Assembly: GCA_043228905.1 (NCBI GenBank)
Contig: JBHGNT010000013.1
Coordinates: forward strand, 19,096,001 to 19,160,000
Reading direction: 5' to 3'
DNA from: Azolla caroliniana
Taxonomy: Eukaryota; Plantae; Polypodiophyta
Length of the DNA stretch: 64,000 nucleotides
The position numbers and the translations under genes are program-made. The notes under the pieces were generated by a model. It was not told the DNA's origin, did not search any database, and was given only the letters and a program-made list of their open reading frames with translations. Below, piece after piece: positions 61,205 to 64,000 of this stretch (position 1 is the first letter of the stretch; the number at the start of each line of letters is the position of its first letter).

Positions 61205-64000
61205 TGTCGAGGTATTCCTCGCGGATGCATGGAATGAGGTGGAACCTCGGGGGTCCTGTACCAAAGAGCAAGAGAGGAAGGGGAAGAAACCCTCTACGTG
61301 CGAGCGTAGATCCACAGGGACACGGCCCTTCGACGCAAAGACGCAAGTGGGACAGCGACACAGAAAGACACGAATGTATGTATGTATTAACAAAGACAAA
61401 CAACAAGAACACGAAGACAACAAAACACGAAGTCGGTTACAACCGAACAGGCCGGCGAACAGATGCCGATACCTGCTCGTAAACGCACAGAGAGGAAGGA
61501 GTAGGTTGGAGGTGTTGCCGGAAGCACTCGGGCATTCCTCAGAGCAACGCGAGCCTCCCGAAACCTGCACAGAAGGAAGCTATGGCGTTTGCAAACCAGA
61601 GAGAGAGAGAGAAGCCTTCGCACGCAAACCGACAGCACTTCGTCCTCGACTCTCCGCGATCCCCTCGCCCCTCCTCGTCTCCCTCCTTTTATAGGCAAGG
61701 AAGGAGCCGTTTCCCCTTTACTTCCTACCTACCGAATCTACCTAGGATCTCCTATGTACAACATAAGGCGCACGTGCATGAAGAGTCGGTTCCTACGCTC
61801 CGGTGCACCGATTCCGCTTGTGGACGGTTTTCTTCACGACATCCGCCCCCACCTAACCGCGCATCCACCGGCATGCGCCAAATTGTGTTGGGACGGAGAA
61901 AACCGGTCCAGCCTTCATTCTCCGCCCGTCGGTTCTTCCTCGGTTTCGGATCGCTCGTCGTCGCGGTCCAAGTCAACCGGATCCGGCTCGTCGTCGTGAC
62001 GCTTCTAGAACGCTTTGATCCGCTTCCCAGCTACCGGTATCGCCATTCTCGTACCGTCGAGTTCCGCCAGATGGTTCGTCCCATTGTCGTTGGCGCTTTG
62101 TACCACGTAAGGCCCGAACCACCTTCTTGCGAACTTCCGTGTCGCTCGGTGCTGGTTATCAAGGCTGTTGTCGTAGACTAGCACCTAGTTGCCTTCCTCG
62201 ATCTTCTTCGGTCGGAGCCGGTGCGTTCGGTCGAACCGGGCTTTGTTCCTCATCCTTGCTTCCCGAAGCTTTTCCGCAGCCTGCTCCACGTCCTCCGGTC
62301 TTCGCTTGAGCTGTCGTATACGCGCCGCCAGCAGTTCCTCCCGGCTCATCTCGTCTCTCCAGTCCACGGTTGCCCACGAGGAGATCGTACGTTCCATCGG
62401 CATGACCGGCTTCTGCCCAATCATGAGTTCTGCCGGCATGAACCCGGTTACCGAACTGTGCGTAGTTCGGTCCGCCCACAACGCGTAAGGCAGCAGCCGC
62501 GGCCAGTTCCCGACTTGACCTCCGCATGCCCGAACTAATGCCTTGACGATCGGTCTGTGTCCGCGCTCCACCTTTCCATTCGCCTCCGAATTCTACGCAG
62601 TGTTAAGCGAGAGCTTGACTCCTAGTCGGTCGAACAGCTCCTCGGCCTCTTCGGCGTCCAACTCCCCACGATCAGCCACGATCTTCCCGACGCACCCGTA
62701 CTGGCATATCACGTCCTTGATCAGGAACCGACACATGACCGCGGTCGATTTGTTCTGAAGGGATCGGCCTTCTACCTGGTTGGTCAGATCTTCCCGAGCC
62801 AGGACCAGATACCGCATCTCTCCTACTCCCATTGGCATCGTCACCAGATCTACCATCCATTTGAAGTGGATGGTCGGAGGGTACGTAGGGTGAAGCTCGT
62901 CCCGATGTCGGACTATGGAGTGCATCTGATAGCTCTCGCAAGTTGTCACAAACCGATGCACGTCCCGGTACAGTCCCGGCCACCAGTACTTCCCCTTTAT
63001 CTTCTCGAACGTGGCCCACGTTCCACGGTGTCCAGCCCAAGGGCTGTCGTGGTAGGCCGTCAGCAGCTCCTCCTGTTCTTCGTTCATCGCCACCACCCGG
63101 AGCGGGACGTCGTTCCTCTTCTTCGGGTGCTTCCATAAGTATCCGTCCCGGAGAAAGAATCGGTATGCTTTCTTCCAGATCCGGTTGGCCTCGTCCTTCG
63201 TCCATGACGCATCCGGCATCATTGTCCTCAAAAATCCACCGATCTGTAGCCACTCGCCGTCGTACTTGCTCTCGTCGAAGCCGTTAAGTGCCGGAGTGCT
63301 CGCCCCGTCCGTCGTCACGTACGCCGCCTCGAAGAAGTCCACGCCGACTTCTTCGTCCTCCGAAACCATGCCGCCCTCGTCATCAAACCTCGCCCTCGAA
63401 AGCATGTCGGCCATGGCGTTGTCTTTTCCGGGAAATGTGTCGTATTTCCGGGTCCAGGGACTTGATGTACGCTATCCACCTGAGCATCGCCAGGTCCGAT
63501 GTCGCGCATCCGGAAACCATGCCGAGAATCGGCAGGCAATCCGTCTCGATAACCACTTCTGTCCCGATCAGGTAGTCTTTGTCGGCCTTTACTGCCGAAA
63601 CGATACCCCAGAGTTCGCGTTTAACCTGGGCGTACCCTCGATGTCGTTCACTGAGGACCTTCGCGCCGAATCGGATCGGGAACCGAATGCCGTCCCCGTC
63701 TTCTTGGTTGACGACCCATCCGATCCCGGTCGGACTCGTATCCACCGTTATGTATACCGGGGTACCCTTCTCGTAGACAGCCTTCCGGAGCGCCGGTGCT
63801 GCCGCAAGAGCTTCCTTCAGCCTCCGTGTGCTCATCTCGCCACTCGAATTTTCGCCCTTTCTTCAGCAACCCGTATAGCGGCTCCGCAACGTGGGCGTAA
63901 TGCGGGATCCATATGTGGTAGAATGCGCATGCCCCCAGGAACCTCCGAACTTCCGTAACCAAGCTACAGTCGGTCTTCATCGCGGAAATGGCTTCTACCT
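61205..64000 (-). mobile_element. Ty3/gypsy element copy 2 (same lineage), 3' LTR 61205-61841, integrase and RNase H; runs off the window
   Basis: LTR TGTCG...CGACA is homologous at its ends to 51557-52177; pol pieces are collinear with 52180-54100; inserted in the gag of copy 1. Confidence 0.93.

Noticed and set aside
51557-61841. Treating 51557-52177 and 61205-61841 as the two LTRs of one element
   Set aside because: Both are adjoined by a PPT and integrase end, so both are 3' LTRs. They are strongly diverged, and the second interrupts the gag of the first.

Overview
Eukaryotic nuclear DNA from a land plant; the retroelement families and the (GA)n-rich background suggest a seed-free plant such as a fern, which is inference only. 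A gene island at about 8.8-25 kb holds a 7-exon chloroplast PDZ/TPR gene (MET1/ZKT-like), tRNA-Phe(GAA), a 4-exon PLAC8/CNR6-like gene, tRNA-Lys(CUU) and an intronless MYC2-like bHLH gene. It is flanked by a decayed Ty1/copia element (to 5.5 kb), a near-full-length decayed L1 LINE sitting in a (GA)n tract (26-31 kb) and a deeply nested transposon cluster (33-64 kb). Target-site duplications (TSDs) and rejoined host reading frames resolve that cluster into two Tnt1/Tork-like copias, a TA-flanked TIR element, a solo LTR, three more copias (one with an intact 1337-aa ORF), two copies of an atypical non-chromovirus Ty3/gypsy, and a pol-less gag-only LTR element primed by tRNA-Trp. The best leads are that gag-only element sitting inside its probable helper, a hairpin around the PPT/LTR junction with a compensatory base change, copias with two PPTs and a long Pol C-terminal tail, a possible tRNA-Lys-linked structured small RNA, and a 6x31-bp motif array upstream of the MYC2-like gene. 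All coordinates and alignments were read by eye; nothing was computed or searched.
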